From Octopus sinensis (taxonomy: Eukaryota): a stretch of 64,000 bases of DNA. The position numbers and the translations under genes are program-made. The first letter of the stretch is position 1, and each line of letters opens with the position of its first letter. The DNA lies in assembly GCF_006345805.1 (NCBI RefSeq), contig NC_043002.1:41850001-41914000 (forward strand), in the 5' to 3' direction. A model generated the notes under the pieces. It saw nothing but the letters and a program-made list of their open reading frames with translations. It had not been told where the DNA came from and searched no databases. Below, piece by piece: positions 60,009 through 64,000 of this stretch.

Positions 60009-61365
60009 TTCAAGTTTTGGCACAAGGCCAGAAAGTTTGGGTAAGTGGGTAAGTCGATTACATAGGCCCCAGTACTTGACTGGTATTTGTTTTATCATCG
60101 CCAAGAGGATGAAAGGCAAAGTCATCAGAGCAGAATTTGAACTCAGAATGCAAAGATTGAAGAAATGCCTCTAAGCATTTTGCCCAGCCTGCTAACGATT
60201 CTGCCTGCTTGCCTCTAGTAACATAGGCACAAGACCACAAATTTGATGTATGTGTGGGAAGAGGTTAGTCAAATTAATCTCCTCTACTTGATCTTGATAC
60301 ATACTCTTTGTACATTGTGTCAATTTCTAATGTATTTGGTAGCCAGAGAGACAGCAGCATGTAGTCATTTGGCCTGCTAGAGATAGGAACCAGACCTTCC
60401 TTAAACCATAACCATACTGCCCTGAATAAAGAATGTATCATTGGACAATATAACCCTTAATACACTACATATCAAAAGATGAGAATGGGAATGTCTTGGT
60501 TAGAATACTTTTGATCATGTTTGTTTGGTCAAGGTTGACTTAGGACTAAACAACATCAACTGTCTACTGCAGTATATGTCCATTCTGATGCAAGCTCAAT
60601 CTGTTCAAAAATTCAGTTTAGCATTTTGGGCTTCAAATGGGAAGTAAAACAGGACATGGTAGACTGCAAAAGAGACAGATTTTTTTCAAAATATAAAATT
60701 ACCATGCCATATATTATTGATAATTTTTTTTTCTTTTTGCTTTCAGTTCAATAATTCTGGTTTTCATTATTATACTTTACAAAAGTTTATTACATTTAAT
60801 AAATCTAAAGCTTCCTATGATCACAACAGCATGGTGTAGGTTCTGGAAATGGTTGCATTGCAATAGTCATACTGGGTGTATAAAAATGCATAGAAATTGT
60901 AATACTGACATTATTATTATTTTTCTTTCTTGATAACTTTTACATATTATCCACCAGGCTCCACCCAGACATCTGAAGTAGATAACATATATGATGTTCT
61001 TGAATCATTGATGATAATATGTTATCAAGAAGCCCTAGGACTATATAAATTGTAAAGAAAAAAAAAAGAGAAGCATGTGCACACATGAGTGCTCAATAAA
61101 AAAAATGTTATAATAATAATAAATAATAATAACAATAATATTTATTATTATTCATTATCATAAAGGCAGCAAGCTGGCAGAATCGTTAGCACTCTGGGGA
61201 AATGCTTAGCAGTATTTTGCCCATCATTACGTTCTGAGTTCAAATTCCACCGAAGTCGACTTTGCTTTCCATCCTTTTGGGGTTGATAAATTAAGTACCA
61301 GTGAAACACTGGGTCGATGTAATTGACTAGTCCCCTCTCCCGAAATTTCAGGCCTTTTGCCTATA

Positions 61366-61536
61366 CAGTAATCCCTCAACTATCGCAGATGTTACAATCC
61401 CAAATCCCCTGCAATAGGTGAAAATCCACGAAGTAGAAACAGTATTGTATATTTTTTTTCATTATTTTTATAATTTGTATATATTCATTTTATTATAAAT
61501 GTAAACCAACACCATGGAGATGGGAAGGTATCACTG
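61366..61536. mobile_element. Tigger-like MITE inserted into a family-B' SINE tail
   Basis: TA TSD; removing it restores gcctatagtagaaag. Confidence 0.75.
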
Positions 61537-61582
61537 TAGTAGAAAGAATTATCATCATCATCATCATTATTATCATTATTAT

Positions 61583-61836
61583 CGGTGACACGTAAAAGCA
61601 CCATCCGTTCGTGGCCGTTTGCCAGCTCTGTCTGGCACCTGTGCAGGTGGCACGTAAAAAGCACCCACTACACTCACGGAGTGGTTGGCGTTAGGAAGGG
61701 CATCCAGCCGTAGAAACACTGCCAGATCTGACTGGGCCTGATGAAGCCTTCCAGCTTCACAGACCCCAGTTGAACCGTCCAACCCATGCTAGCATGGAGA
61801 ACAGACGCTAAATGATGATGATGATGATGATGATGA
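61583..61836 (+). mobile_element. Family-C SINE
   Basis: gtggttggcgttaggaagggcatccagccgtagaaac ... catgctagcatgg ... (GAT)n. Confidence 0.8.
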
Positions 61837-62197
61837 TTACCTCTGCCTTAGCAGAGGTAGTATTTTCAGTCGTGTTTGTTTACTTGTCTGTCTGTGGACA
61901 AGATATCTCAAGAACTGCTGGATGGATTTGAATGAAACTTTCAGGGATGTTTAGCCTCATGACTGGCAAGAACTGATTAAATTTGGGGATCGATCCGGTA
62001 CCTGACAAGGATTCTGGATTATTTTTCTTGTTTTATTTTACTTAATTTTTGAGAGCGGTCAGGTTCATTTTTAGTATTCTCGTTTGTGAGAACAGCTGAG
62101 TTTATTTCAGATATTCTCATTTTGAAAATCATCTCCGGTTAATCATTGATAGGATGTTGATGTTGCCTTGGTGGAGGTTTGCACTCTCTGAGTGCTA
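61837..62197 (+). mobile_element. Helentron-associated (HINE/DINE-1-like) short element
   Basis: 5' acctctgcc...gcagaggt hairpin, tgtctgtctg microsatellite, 3' subTIR ggtggaggt and gcactctctgagtgc hairpin. Confidence 0.7.
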
Positions 62198-63040
62198 TCA
62201 TCATCATCATTGTCGTCGTCGTCGAGTGTGTGTGTGTGTTCTAAACGACTAGTATCATTGTATTAGGTTGCAAAATATAATTATCAATTAATGTCCACTT
62301 GTCTGTGCTTGCATAGTTCAAACAATATTTATTGAGGAAGATTTTGTAAGGTCAGATGCCCATCCTGTCACCAACCTTCACTTGCTTCCAAGCAAGGCAA
62401 TATCTTCTCCCATAGAAAACTGGAAATGATTGACATTGCTTGTATGATGGTGATGCTCTTTTACAGAACCATGTGGTTGGGAAGCAAGTTTCTTACCACA
62501 CAGCCACCTCCATTGCTATATAAATATTCCATCTGCAACTTGATTTCTGCCCTCGATAAGAGCTATTTATGCTTCAGTACATATGATGAAGTTGTTGCCT
62601 GGACATCAATTGAAGATGGTCATATCTATGTAAAATCTTTGAAACATCAATTGATGATGTCTGCTATTCTTTAATGAAACACCAATTTATGATGTCCGCA
62701 TTTTAAGGGCTAAATCACATTTCTGCAATTTTCACCTCCTCACTATCACATGATATTTTTTAGTCGCTTTTACACCTTGTGTGTGTGTGAGCTTGTATGC
62801 ATGCATCCAGGCACTTACAATACAGACACGTGTGTATGTAGATATTCAAAGCTAAAACTTCTATTCATTGCCACCGTATGCTTCACTGCACCATTTCTTA
62901 AAAAAGGGAAGCCTTATTTTTGAATACATGAATACAGTCTACTACAGATGTTTAGTACTTTTTTTCTCTTTTGTTCATAAATCTAAATTTACATAAATAT
63001 GTGCATATATATATATGTGTGCATATATATATATGTGTGC

Positions 63041-63078
<38 letters not shown>

Positions 63079-63762
63079 ATGTGAGTGTGTGTATATATAA
63101 ATATATGTATACATATACATAGAAATGCATATACACACATATACATGCTTGTATATGTGTCTATACATATAGGTTTGGCTATACAAATAGGATAAGTAAA
63201 GCACAAAACGTGTTTGTGTGTATTGATAGATAGATAAATACAAATATATATAAACATGTGTAACATGAAATTAAAATTATACTAAATTTTGTAGTGTTTA
63301 TACATACATACATACATGTATACATATTATTTTTAGTCTGTCATACACGTTGCTCTCAACACTTGAGTCACTTTCTAACTTCTACTCATTAAAAATAGGT
63401 CTATACACACTCACACACACAGACATACATTCATATACTCACACATACATCTACATCTGTTTATCTAGCTAGCTACATATATGTCTATGTGTATAAGGAC
63501 AATTAATTAGATTTTATTCTAAAAGTGTTTGGCAAAGGTTTTGAGGTGTAGATAGTTTTTTTTTTTTTTCTTCTTTTACATTGTTGTGAGATAGCATTTT
63601 AGATGCAAACAAGTGGAAGTATTTAAACAGGAAAAAATCCTAAGATATCAACGTGCGAAACACGGCACCCTGAGAGCAATGAACCACTTTTGCTTATTGA
63701 AATAAATGAAGAATGAAAATGAAAATAACCAAGAAAATCTTTTTTAAAGATATTACAAACAA

Positions 63763-63794
<32 letters not shown>

Positions 63795-64000
63795 CAACAA
63801 TAACCGCAACAACAATAATAATAAATAAATAAATAAATAAATAGAAAAGAAAACTTGAAAAAAATCCTAGCTTAACACTTCAAACACTAAACTATTGATT
63901 CGAGAATATTTTTGTTGTTGTTGCTGTTGTTGTGATTACTGCTGCAAATTGAAGAGAGAGTTGGATTATATTTTATTTTGTGTTAGTGCGGATGATGACA

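Noticed and set aside
60720-60800. Strong acceptor at 60746 as the next LRP4 exon
   Set aside because: The downstream sequence does not encode the expected YWTDWG blade; no such exon was found before 64000.
62426-62674. 82-aa ORF as a nested gene
   Set aside because: Its first half is built from SINE fragments; there is no recognisable domain or splice support.

Overview
AT-rich, repeat-dense animal genomic DNA, probably from an octopus or related coleoid cephalopod (inferred from the SINE and microsatellite content, not proven). The whole window lies inside one + strand gene, an LRP4 (MEGF7) orthologue. Ten coding exons (1354 nt, one continuous frame) encode six LDL-receptor class A repeats (LA3-LA8 by comparison with vertebrate LRP4), two EGF modules and the first part of YWTD beta-propeller 1. 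The gene is incomplete at both window edges. The introns hold several tRNA-derived SINE families, RTE and Tx1-like LINE ends, hAT, piggyBac-like, pogo/Tigger and mariner non-autonomous elements, Helitrons/HINE and long microsatellites. Most notable observations: (1) a ~415-bp inverted repeat whose two arms each carry a complete type-I hammerhead ribozyme core with a palindromic stem III, plus two decayed hammerhead-like motifs elsewhere; (2) a GC-AG intron required by the LRP4 reading frame; (3) an intronic YAG|GTAAGT site that could be a recursive splice point or a 12-nt microexon; (4) a CpG-retaining island in a CpG-depleted gene body; (5) a perfect 101-bp fold-back; (6) a splice acceptor that abuts a SINE microsatellite tail. 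All coordinates and counts were read by eye. SINE family letters (A-E) are my own working labels, and repeat boundaries without a stated TSD are approximate.
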